Shown piece by piece: positions 1 through 10,540 of a stretch of 33,788 nucleotides of DNA. The notes beneath the pieces were generated by a model, which was given only the letters and a program-made list of their open reading frames with translations, was not told the DNA's origin and did no database searches. The stretch lies in NCBI RefSeq assembly GCF_001194135.2, contig NC_068982.1, positions 118,335,455 through 118,369,242 on the forward strand, written 5' to 3'. The position numbers were made by a program, and so were the translations under genes. The number at the start of each line of letters is the position of its first letter. Position 1 is the first letter of the stretch. The DNA is from Octopus bimaculoides (Eukaryota).

Positions 1-1436
1 ATATATATATATATATACTATGTATAGAAAGTCTGTATATAAGTCTGTATAGAAAGAAGTTTTTTCTTAGGGATGTATTATCCAAGCGTACACCAGTATT
101 GCACTAACATCGACTGTCGATACTGGATCTTCTTCATGTGAATATGTTCTAGTGTTTATCGTTGGTTCTTCTTCAATATTAGTACTTTACGCCTCTGGAA
201 TTCCATTTCTCGGTATGGATATGTCCATCATTTTCGATGTAGTAGAAAACGTTTAAAATTTCAAAGAAATCAGATATACATAGGAGGAGTAAATAATTTA
301 TGACCATAGTCTAGATAAATTAATGTTTGTTCATATTGACTATGTAGTGTTTCTACTGACTGCTGTTATTCAATATTTGCATTGTAAAGTGTATTATGAA
401 GTTGAGAATGAAACAACCGTCATCGGGGCTTAATTCACTGATATTTTTCAAATCCTTACGGATGAAGAGTTTATGCTTACAATATTCAGATTCAGTAGTG
501 GCTTGTATTACCTGGCCTCTGTTCTAAAAATAGCTAAAGGATGACATTTTGACCTAACTGGACAAGCGATAATCAAAAGAACTAGGTCACGTTACTATTC
601 CACTCATTTGGTAGTGGCGATTAACGTTTTACAAGCCTGTCACTACTTTTCATCCTATCCAGCATGTACATAACACATTCATCTACGTACTTATTCAATA
701 CATTTGGCCAAATTGATTAACTATTTATGCTTACAATATGCTTATGTCGCTACTTTTCATACTATTGAGCGAGTCCATAACATAATTACGCCCTAATTAC
801 TGATAAAATAAATCTAGCTATGTTCTAATTGTTTCTTTTATTTATTTATTTTATATCAACACTATTATTTACTTATTTTTGTAAAAGTTTATATTTCTTA
901 CTAGTAAATATAAACATTCATTCAAATATATTATATTAGTTGATAGTTTGGGTTCACACATATATACTTTTTAGTACGCGATACATAGGTATTATTTGCA
1001 CGTGTTTATTTTAGCCATATCTATTTAAATTTATTAATGTATATTTAACTTTGGAAACTATTACACATTGAATGTTTTAACCTCTCTACTTTGAAATTAT
1101 TGAAACTCTATTTAATTTTATGAACACTACAGTTTCTTGTTTCCCTCTGCTGTTAGCTAATTTGCGTTTTGATGTACTAATTTGGTAAATTTCTTCCATG
1201 CGAAAATCACACATTCTCTTCCCAATGCTATCATATTTTCCTCGACTGATTTATCTTGGCTTTATCAACTTCATAATGCACTTTAAATGTGCAAATATTG
1301 AATATTTGATTGCACATGTTAATTTGGCTGGATTATGGTAATAAATTGATCACATTAAGTATGTGTTAGCCGTTTACTTAGAATTTTACATATCTTCTTA
1401 GAATTGTTTACGTTAATATATATATATATATATATA

Positions 1437-2050
1437 NNNNNNNNNNNNNNNNNNNNNNNNNNNNNNNNNNNNNNNNNNNNNNNNNNNNNNNNNNNNNNNN
1501 NNNNNNNNNNNNNNNNNNNNNNNNNNNNNNNNNNNNNNNNNNNNNNNNNNNNNNNNNNNNNNNNNNNNNNNNNNNNNNNNNNNNNNNNNNNNNNNNNNNN
1601 NNNNNNNNNNNNNNNNNNNNNNNNNNNNNNNNNNNNNNNNNNNNNNNNNNNNNNNNNNNNNNNNNNNNNNNNNNNNNNNNNNNNNNNNNNNNNNNNNNNN
1701 NNNNNNNNNNNNNNNNNNNNNNNNNNNNNNNNNNNNNNNNNNNNNNNNNNNNNNNNNNNNNNNNNNNNNNNNNNNNNNNNNNNNNNNNNNNNNNNNNNNN
1801 NNNNNNNNNNNNNNNNNNNNNNNNNNNNNNNNNNNNNNNNNNNNNNNNNNNNNNNNNNNNNNNNNNNNNNNNNNNNNNNNNNNNNNNNNNNNNNNNNNNN
1901 NNNNNNNNNNNNNNNNNNNNNNNNNNNNNNNNNNNNNNNNNNNNNNNNNNNNNNNNNNNNNNNNNNNNNNNNNNNNNNNNNNNNNNNNNNNNNNNNNNNN
2001 NNNNNNNNNNNNNNNNNNNNNNNNNNNNNNNNNNNNNNNNNNNNNNNNNN
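1437..2050. other. Assembly gap (N-run) flanked by (AT)n. Other gaps: 13272-13640, 17700-17812, 18861-19663, 20665-20871, 23313-23600, 30413-30498
   Basis: N-runs are seen directly. Six of the seven abut a microsatellite on at least one side, which is typical of short-read assembly breaks. ORFs running through them are artefacts. Confidence 0.99.
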
Positions 2051-2100
2051 TATATATATGTAAATAACTATAGAGACATATTTACACATATTTATATATG

Positions 2101-2935
2101 CAATGTGGGGTGAATAAGCTGTCGTCTAAGTTACGCGAAAATGAAAACAGAGCTGACATCTCATTTATACAGTTATATTTACCAAATTTACATAAAAATA
2201 TGTTGAAATAAAATCATTGTTGGCTTCAGTTTACTCGGAACCTCCAGTCGACTTCGGAATCCCCTGCAACACTTCTGGACGCTCTCCTTGTTTAAGTTGG
2301 TGAACGTTGCTATAATCCCTGCCGTTAGTTTATCTTTGATGTTACAATAATTTATGTTGGCCTCTCGCTCAACTGCGTGCCACACTTAATAATCAAAGAT
2401 GTTGCAGTCTGTGGAGTTTGGTGGCCAGGGGAAGTGGTCGCAGTAATTGTCTGAAAGCTGTGATTTGGTTATTCTGCTTCTGCGGCATAGTGCAGAATCC
2501 TGTTTCCAGACATTGTATCTACCAGCAGCCACCTTCTTCACCCAGGGCAGCACTACCTCCCCCAGGCACTTGGTGTAGGCCTCCGAGTTGAGTCTGAGAC
2601 CGTGTGGGAAGATGAATGGAGGCAAAACATCACCATCACTAGTGGTCACTGCAAAGACCATGATGTTGGCTGGATGTTTGATGTTTATCACTCTCGGTAC
2701 CTGTCCTCATATTGACACCCACACTCTCAGCGATGTTCGCATTGGTGCTTCCGGTGAGAATGCCAAGCAGTACAGTATGTCGCTTCCAAACTTCTGACAG
2801 AGTTAACTGCATCACGGTGCTGTTTTTCTCACAGACAATAACTATCCATCTGAGCCTAATACGAACAGTTCCTCTGGATAAGTGATATTCTACAAATATA
2901 GATAGCTGCTCAGCTATTATTTATTCACCTCAGTG
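2101..2935 (-). mobile_element. Internally deleted, decayed Tc1/mariner-superfamily (IS630-Tc1-mariner, maT-like) DNA transposon
   Basis: The minus strand reads MQLTLSEVWKRHTVLLGILTGSTNANIAESVGVNMRT (ATG at 2812, HTH-like), then ...KHPANIMVFAVTTSDGDVLPPFIFPHGLRLNSEAYTKCLGEVVLPWVKKVAAGRYNVWKQDSA...WPPNSTDCNIFDY*VWHAVERE...KLTAGIIATF. These are the QQD(G/S)A and WPP.SPD.NP.DY..W catalytic motifs. Imperfect TIRs: caatgtggggtgaataa (2101-2117) versus ttattcacctcagtg (2921-2935), the latter followed by TA. Confidence 0.9.
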
Positions 2936-3238
2936 TAAAATAAAAGATCAGCAAGATGCAGAGACGTAATTGGCATCGTATTACATTCTTCTAAATGTTC
3001 ACATATGGACCCAACATGCAGTCCTCAATGGCGGGGATGGTCACTTGACCATGAATTCCTACAATGCGATGCTTATTCATTAACATAAAGCAAAACCTAC
3101 TGCTGTCTCTTATAAAAATCAATTAGCGATGTTGCCCAAATTTTAGATTATCAATTTCGTATTAGAATACCCCCTAATAAATTGTTCTTACAAAACTTTG
3201 TCCAGCACACAACATCTATTAATTATTTGTCCTATCGT

Positions 3239-3389
3239 TTATGTCTCTTTTACTCTATTTCTGGAAATTACTGTAAACGTTTTCTTAAAAATAGACACAG
3301 CATTGTAGAGTAGACACATCCTCACAATCCCCACAGGTGATATCCATATACCAGAGATCCAAACTGCATCCGTACACAAAGACCACTGC
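3239..3389 (-). other. Candidate downstream exon, phase-compatible with 3737-3789
   Basis: Acceptor tcctttctctgttttatgtCAG at 3390. Joining it to the 53-nt exon gives R-QWSLCTDAVWISGIWISPVGIVRMCLL...KET*, the longest of the three frames. No homology recognised. Confidence 0.25.
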
Positions 3390-3736
3390 CTGACATAAAA
3401 CAGAGAAAGGATAATTTTAAAATACGACCGACTAGAAGTATTACACATAATTGAAACAGCTTTGTAATTTATCTTCAATAAGCTCTGTCAAACTTACTGC
3501 AAAAACAAGTTATTAAGTTGTTTTCGACTTCTCATAAAATTTTTACGTATATGATTTTAATAAAATTGTATCTAATGACTACACATCCATCTCTGAGCGA
3601 GTAAGTTTCTCAAAGCTCAAGTACTGTTGTACAAAACATTATTAACGCTATTGGAGCAGTCTTCGGTTATGGGGTATAAAGTTGTTGATTTGCACATAAA
3701 TTATCGTAGAACTTTCTTCATCACGTACTCTCTTAC

Positions 3737-3789
3737 CTTTCGAATGCTACAAAATTTGTGTTTGCACCTCTCTTCCGTTTGTTATTAGT
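3737..3789 (-). other. Candidate 53-nt spliced exon of unknown gene or lncRNA
   Basis: Minus strand: pyrimidine-rich acceptor ccattccctctctctggtgCAG, exon open in only one frame (TNNKRKRGANTNFVAFE), donor AAG|GTAAGA. No recognisable homology. Confidence 0.3.
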
Positions 3790-3870
3790 CTGCACCAGAG
3801 AGAGGGAATGGTGATTGATAATGAGTATGTCTTCATCAAATCCCACTCATTGCATGTATTTCCTCAACAC

Positions 3871-3902
3871 TTTCTCTCTCTCTCTGCCACTTTCTGTCTC
3901 TG

Positions 3903-3936
<34 letters not shown>
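3871..3936. repeat. (CT)n microsatellite
   Basis: Seen directly; pure run from about 3910 to 3936. Confidence 0.97.
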
Positions 3937-3939
<3 letters not shown>

Positions 3940-4289
3940 ATGTTCATTTACTGTCTCTATGTTCATTTACCCACAAGTTCCTGCACTGAGTAAATGCCTT
4001 TAAGATTTCCCTTATGCAACTGTTCCCATTTCAACCATTCTGGTATTTCTTATCCTTAGGTTTAACTTATTCGGAAAAATTCATTCTGGAAATGACCGTT
4101 CCATTTAATGAGTGTTTTTTATTCAACAAATACCAACGCACTTCCCTATTTCATACACCACTGGAATTTCAATTTTGTATTCTTTATTTACAAATCTGTA
4201 ATCATCCCCTCCAGCCTTTCTCGGGCATTATTTAAAACTGGTATCGAATTTTGGCTCAAGGTCAGTAATTTCAGGGAAGGAAGGTTATA

Positions 4290-4381
4290 AGTTGTTGTAA
4301 TCGGCCCTAGTGCTCAGCCGGAGACTATTTTATTTATCCGAAAGGATATAAGGATACCGGCGGCATTTGAACTAAGAACGT
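4290..4381 (-). mobile_element. Decayed fragment of a tRNA-derived SINE (B-box plus core)
   Basis: Reverse complement reads acgttcttagttcaaatgccgccgg...cctttcggataaataaaatagt...gagcactagggccgat, collinear with the SINE at 17277-17502 (gttctacttcaaatttcgccgagg...gataaaataagtacc...gcactgag). Confidence 0.7.
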
Positions 4382-5254
4382 CAAGAAGAGCGAGTTCTTC
4401 ATGTGAACGACTTCAAGTTAATCGACAGCGCAGTGACAGTAACATCGCAAACGGTGATGCTGTTCGTATTTTTAGGAATGGAGAATTCAATATCGTGTCT
4501 GATGGGTCGTGTCTGAGGGAATTATGGGTCAAAGTATCGACGGTGTGGAACAAAATACTATCCGAATATAGGATCCACAATTCGACTTCGACTAAAATTA
4601 AACTGCAAAATCAACTGTCCTGATAGGCTTTGAGTTTGCAATTAAACAAAGATTATTCTGTCAGTTTGGAGAGGCTGCAACTATGACTTTTAATAAACAC
4701 CAGCCTATCATCTAGAATTACAATTGGATTGGAAGCAAAGACCAGTCTAGCAGATGGAAATGGACCAATGGATTAAGCAAATATCTCGGCTTTGAAAGAA
4801 TTTGGAATATTTATTGGTAAACAAGTACCGGATAATTAAAATGAAGTGGATTAAGACATTACAGAAAGACAGGACCTTGTAGTAGATATGGATAAACTCG
4901 ATAAACAAAACCAGGCTATTTGGTTGATTTAGACCAAGAATACAAAGGGCTGAACATTGGATGTGCTTCGCCTAATTAAATAAACAGAGGCCTGCCCATC
5001 GGTTAGAGTTGGACTAAGTCGGTAAAAAAAATCTAGATTAATGTCAAACTTGGTTGAGAAAGACAAGCCATCAATTGGTTTGGGACTAATTATATGGGTG
5101 TATTTGGACAAAGTTAACAAATCATCAGCAGAACATCGTGTGAGATTGTTCTAACAGAGGAAGATGCAGAATTTCCCCAACCGTACATGTTACCGAAGTT
5201 CTTTTAGCCTTGGCTCACGAGGTCTGTTTATTTTCCAGATACAGTGTACTGATT

Positions 5255-5581
5255 GTTGCTGTTAATTAGATCTTTATCAACCCTGATAATTAATTTAAGA
5301 TCAATCTAAATAACTAGTGGTATGTCTACCTTAGTAATTAAGTATCTAATCAACACTGCCAATTAGCTCCACACCTGCACTGTTAGATATTTTCATATTA
5401 CTCGTGTTAATTAGCTCCATATCTATTCTGTTAGCTAACTTCATATTTACCGGCTTAATTATTTCCAGAACGTGTATTTTAATTGACTAGTTTCAATTAG
5501 AATGATATCAACACTGCCAGTTAGCTCCAGATCAACTGTGTTAATTACTTCTATACAAACCCTGTTCTTTAGCCCCTCCAA
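5255..5581 (-). repeat. Degenerate 24-bp tandem array, 13 units plus one 14-nt partial unit, octapeptide-like on the minus strand
   Basis: Units fall at 24-nt spacing (e.g. 5255-5278, 5279-5302, 5352-5375, 5400-5423, 5510-5533). They read LEGLKNRV CIEVINTV DLELTGSV DIILIETS / VLEIIKPV NMKLANRI DMELINTS NMKISNSA GVELIGSV / DRYLITKV DIPLVI*I DLKLIIRV DKDLINSN. Confidence 0.88.
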
Positions 5582-8500
5582 GGTCAACCCTGTTGAAGCA
5601 GACCTATAATCAAAAGTGTTCCAGCCATTACAATACTGCTGGTTTCCTGGATACCACCACGTATTTAGGATTAAACTACTATCTCTCTTCTTTTTCAAAG
5701 ATGCAGATGAAGAATCTATTATGGTTGATATTTCTTTTCGGTCGAACATCAATGTAAAGGCTTCATCGCTGCCTCGGGTTTTAAGTTTGTACTTTGATGC
5801 AGGTTTGGCATAATTATGTATTATATATTATTATGATACCATATCCTATGCCAAGTTATTTACATCGCTTCTTTAGACACTTTATACAGTAGACTAAGTT
5901 CCTAACTTTGCAATAGTAATATGCATTGGTTTCTCAAGTTCCGCTGTCATTCATACATTTATCCAGCAAACGGGTACAGCTTACTACTGATAAATCTTAT
6001 ATATTGACTAGTTTTCTGTACTATCTTAATCTGCAACTTAGTCTCACTATATATATTAGCTATATTAGCTAATTTACTTATAGACATAGCTTTAATACAC
6101 ATTATGAATTTGTTATCGTGCCAAGGATACACTTTATCTAATATGTCGCTTACCTACGTAATCTATTCGGAAATTTCCCGCGGTATGTAGAGCATGGTTA
6201 ATTTGCATTATTATTTATGATTTTTCCAATAACTTCTTGGTTTTATTCTTCCTTCTCATCAGATCTATAATCGCTGAAACCATAAAACTACATGCAGTAA
6301 ATATCACATTTCTGATAATTTAGCAACGCACGTGTCACGCATGTTTAACACATTCTTCACTCTTTCAAGATCTACTTTCGAGATCGTTTTTGCAATTTCA
6401 GAAATGGCTTTATCTATACAGATTGTATATTTGATAGCTATATGCACAATTATATAATGGGAAAGCCGTATCTTTGTTTTGCATATAGCGTTCATACCTA
6501 ACGTTTCTAACCATACTCCAATATATAGTAAATACCACAATAACATGGTAACGTAGTTAAACGATTGTTCAACGGATGCAAGTTCTAACATAATAAGCAT
6601 TCATACAACGTATATGAATGAAATTTCTCCTAAATTTAAAATGGTTCTGTACTTTGCTTAACGTTCTATGAATTTTTTTATGAACTAAATTCTGATTACT
6701 TCTTATTCAATCTGAACGGAGTAAACTGTTAACAACCCAAAATATCTAGCATTTCTAACTACACACTAAATAATGAAAAACATCTATTTCCTCATACTGT
6801 AGGTACAGCAAACAAGATCTTCTCGCGTTTGAGTTCCACAGGCTTCTCGAGAGTAAAACAATAGTTGCATAACTTTCAGAGTGTAATTCCACAAGCCAAA
6901 CAACTACTGTAATAGAGAGTATTACTGATAAAGAATACTGATTCCGAGTGGTTTTAAAAACCGTTAACATCGTATGTATAAGGGTCAGATGATTAACTCA
7001 AAATGATATTCTAATAACTCCTAGACTCATGCGATGTATCTATCACTATTTGTGAGTTACACTATAAAAACATGTTTATTTCGGGTGTTTTTATTTCTCC
7101 TTATTGTGTGTTATGTCAGTTATGCTATCAAAGATAGGTTCTGAGCATGAACAATATCCATCACATACGTGTTCAATCTATTTCCAGGAACCCTTACTTA
7201 TTTCCATATTAGATCACTGTCATGATTCACTTTTTACTTATATTGTTTTTTTTTTCTGATAAATGGTATGTGGCAGAATTAAATAACATAAGTTATCATT
7301 ATACGCCCTTTTAGAAAAGCTTTTAAAGCTGCAATAACAGCATGCGCGCGCAAGCCCACACACATACAGGAACACACAGATAATGATGTATTTGCGTTTA
7401 CTTTCGTAATATATTAAAAGTGTATTTTACGAGTAATGTTTAATGTTCTCCTCATAGGTCTGACATTGTCACTGATATTCTTGTTCACTGTAACTGAACA
7501 TATTATTGCAGGTTTGATATGTCAAATCTATGGAACATAATTTCATCACACTGTGAGATGTGATGCCAAGATTTTATTTCTATAAATTGGCATATATTGA
7601 AGTCCATCTTCCATGAGTTATGGGGATTACATAAGATACTGCCTAATGAATATCAAAAACATAATAATAAAGAAATGAAAGCTTATACAACACTGTATGT
7701 ATATATGAATGTAAGTGACAATACCTCTATGTGATTGTATTGTAACAATAGGACAGGTTCGTTTCATTGGGTAACATTTATCAGATGAATTATAGAAATA
7801 AGATTGAACGAGTTGATGTTGCTAATCATATCATGTCAAATGAATTGAAAGAATGGTGTAATATAATAATAAACATTGACAACCAAACTATCGCCTTTGA
7901 ATGACAAAAACGAGAGTGAAGGGCAATGATAGTTGTGACTTCGAAGATAAATGCAGTGAATTTAAAAATATATGAACGCAAAGGTAAATAAATAAATCAC
8001 AATAGCATATGAGAATATGCAGAACACTCTAAATATATACGTGACGAAGTAAATAATATGACACTAATAACAATTTAACTGGGGAAATAAGGAAGAAAAT
8101 ATCAATCATAAACTACTTGTACACTTGAATATAGGCACAACGAAAATGCTATTCAATGTACTTCAATAGCTCACAAATTCGGTTCATTTAGCAAGCATAC
8201 AACATGAACAGCATTAACTCAAATAAATGAAGACTTGTAAAAGCAATTGTGTAAGGTTAAAATTATGATGTCGATTGTTATGTGAATGCTATATACATAT
8301 ATACACTAATACTACAAATTCCTGTGTAGTTCTTTGCATCAAAATGCATTTATTCGATAAAATGAAAAAGAAAATGCGCTAATTCGGTCTTGTTAATATT
8401 ACATTGGCTATTTTCCTGTGGTGGTGGCGCATGAATAAGTGCTTAAAATATTGGGCCCATTGGCATATAGTTTTTGTTCAAATCTTAGACCAAGTTATAT

Positions 8501-9270
8501 GTTTTATCCTTGAGGAAAGTATCAATAAAATGATAATCAATAAAGTGTCGGTTTAGAGTTCTCTCTCTGCAATGATCATATTCTAGTGGTTTCACAGGGT
8601 TAAGGCCCAGAGGGCCAACATACCGAATATACCTGCTCGGGTTTACCAAGGCACCTACGATAAAATCGAGTTGTTATGGCTGTTTTGTACAATATTATGT
8701 TTCATTTGACTCACTCGTATCTATTCATTAAACCTTTGCAGCAACAAATATTTGTCTTCCAATTTTATTAAATTCCTTCTTACATAAATTTCGGATTAGT
8801 TCATGGGACACATTTTATATTTCCACGAATTACGTAATCTTTCTAGTAATATTTTCTTTTTCTCTCTGGTCATTCACCACTTCTACTTGTGTTGGTGCTC
8901 ATTGGTTCGTGTCTTTTACTCAGTCTGTCTCTAGTTTCACCAAAACAGTTATTTGTGTTGTTTTTTTCTTTAGTTCAAATATTTGTTGTGTCTTCAGGGA
9001 GTCATTTTACGTTGCATGTAGAAAAAATTATAATCTGACAGCGGTATATATGAGCTAAACAAATTCCATGAGTGCTTCAGGCAAGCTGATCTAAAATGAA
9101 CTATACACAACCAACGGTTATAAAAAGTTTGCGATATGTATACATTATTAAAAACTGTATGGAGAACAGAAACCTTACCTTGGGACACCTTCAATACTGT
9201 TTATATTTAGAAAATATAAAAACTAGTATTTTCAATAAAAAGATACAAATTGTAACTAAATGCAATATGC

Positions 9271-9337
9271 ATGTGTGTGTGTGTGTGTGTATGTATGTGT
9301 GTGTGGGGGTGTGTGGGGGGTGGTGGCGGTGGGGGGG
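9271..9337. repeat. (GT)n grading into a G-rich tract
   Basis: Seen directly: gtgtgt...gggggtgtgtgggggtggtggcggtggggggg. Confidence 0.95.
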
Positions 9338-9494
9338 TCTCCACCTTCACATACATTGTATTACCCAGATAGTCAGGTGTCGATCTATTATTTTTCACCT
9401 GTCGATCATTTAGTACTTTTCTAAAAGTTTCTCGATCAACCTTCTAGAGTCGTCTTTCCCCCGTACTCCCAGGCAGGAAGTTTTCATTTTTCAC

Positions 9495-9570
9495 TGTCCG
9501 CTTTACACTCCGGTGTCCGCTTTACACTTCGCTGTCCGCTTTACACTTCTCTGTCCGCTTTACACTCCGC
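9495..9570. repeat. 19-bp minisatellite x4 (tgtccgctttacactYYSS)
   Basis: Units tgtccgctttacactccgg, tgtccgctttacacttcgc, tgtccgctttacacttctc and tgtccgctttacactccgc start at 9495, 9514, 9533 and 9552. Confidence 0.97.
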
Positions 9571-10499
9571 TTTGAATAAGCTCAACGCTAGGTACTCTTG
9601 GCTAATTCCCACCAAATCCTCTCCTTCACCCCTATAGGCTCCACAACACTTACCAAAAAAACTTACTTTTTTGATATCTGCAGCTGCTTCCAAAAATCAA
9701 AATCCCCAGTTTTTAAAATTCTGCTGCTTCATATTTAAACTTTACTGGCAGATCATCCTCCTTTACACCACATTGTTTAAAACTCTCTCACACTCCAGAA
9801 TTGCCTAACACGGTACGTGTAAAAATAAACATTAGTGTGTTCCATTTCAAAGAAAGTAAACTTATCACACTCAGTGAAACGTTGCTATATTGCTCTCCCA
9901 TACAACATCTTCAGCGTTCTCCACCGGCTTATTTAATTCTCTCTGTGTTTCTTTCTCCTATTTTCTCTACAATGATTACTGTTATGTCATTGCTCTAAGA
10001 GGCAACAATTCTTTTGTCTCTTCGGCATGCAAAACTGTGAACATCTCTAATCTCCTGAGTCAGTAGCTTTCTTTCAGATCGTACCATACCGGCATGTTTT
10101 GGCGGCCTTCTTTTCTGTTCCAGTCTCATTTAAATCTGTCGTTTTCCAGGGTCCAGCTATGCCTCCCACTGTCTTTATACATGAAGGACACGCTTGTCAA
10201 CGCATTCGATAATTTCCACCCATATGCAAATGTCTATATTCTTTATACCTATTTAAACATTCTCGAGACGCAACCTAGACACTAAACACTAAATGTGGAC
10301 AACTTAAGAGAGGCTTTCATTTGGGAGCATGTCAATTTTATCTATTTTAACAGAGGTAATTCTCGAATGGTGTATAATCAAGTAAACGCCAATATCCCGC
10401 AACCATATAAACTTGAGCCTCCACTCAACAAAGGGTTTTGGAAACAGGATTATGAAGAATATAACAACTACACCATTGAATATAATATTAATGATGGTT

Positions 10500-10540
10500 G
10501 AATAATAACAACAATAACAACAACGACAACAATAATAATA
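10500..10540. repeat. Mixed (AAT)/(AAC) repeat at the 5' flank of the R4/Dong element
   Basis: aataataacaacaataacaacaacgacaacaataataata seen directly. Confidence 0.95.

Noticed and set aside
1355-2089. Long ORFs spanning N-runs (also 13197-14070, 17528-18003, 18747-19779, 20565-21054, 23226-23652, 30309-30598)
   Set aside because: They are open only because N codons are not stops; the flanks are microsatellite translations.
2990-3075. Possible small minus-strand exon GIHGQVTIPAIEDCMLGPY
   Set aside because: The acceptor is weak, there is no convincing donor and no homology is recognised.
4400-4570. IVSDGSCLRG resembling the RNase H DGSC motif
   Set aside because: Only the first motif is present; no downstream E/D motifs appear and the frame stops soon after.
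6304-6970. ORFs 6304-6600(-) and 6755-6970(-)
   Set aside because: No recognisable domain, and the splice signals give no consistent exon. The lengths are compatible with chance.
5255-9570. CRISPR-like interpretation of the 24-bp and 19-bp arrays
   Set aside because: The units are directly adjacent with no unique spacers, the context is eukaryotic and there are no cas genes.
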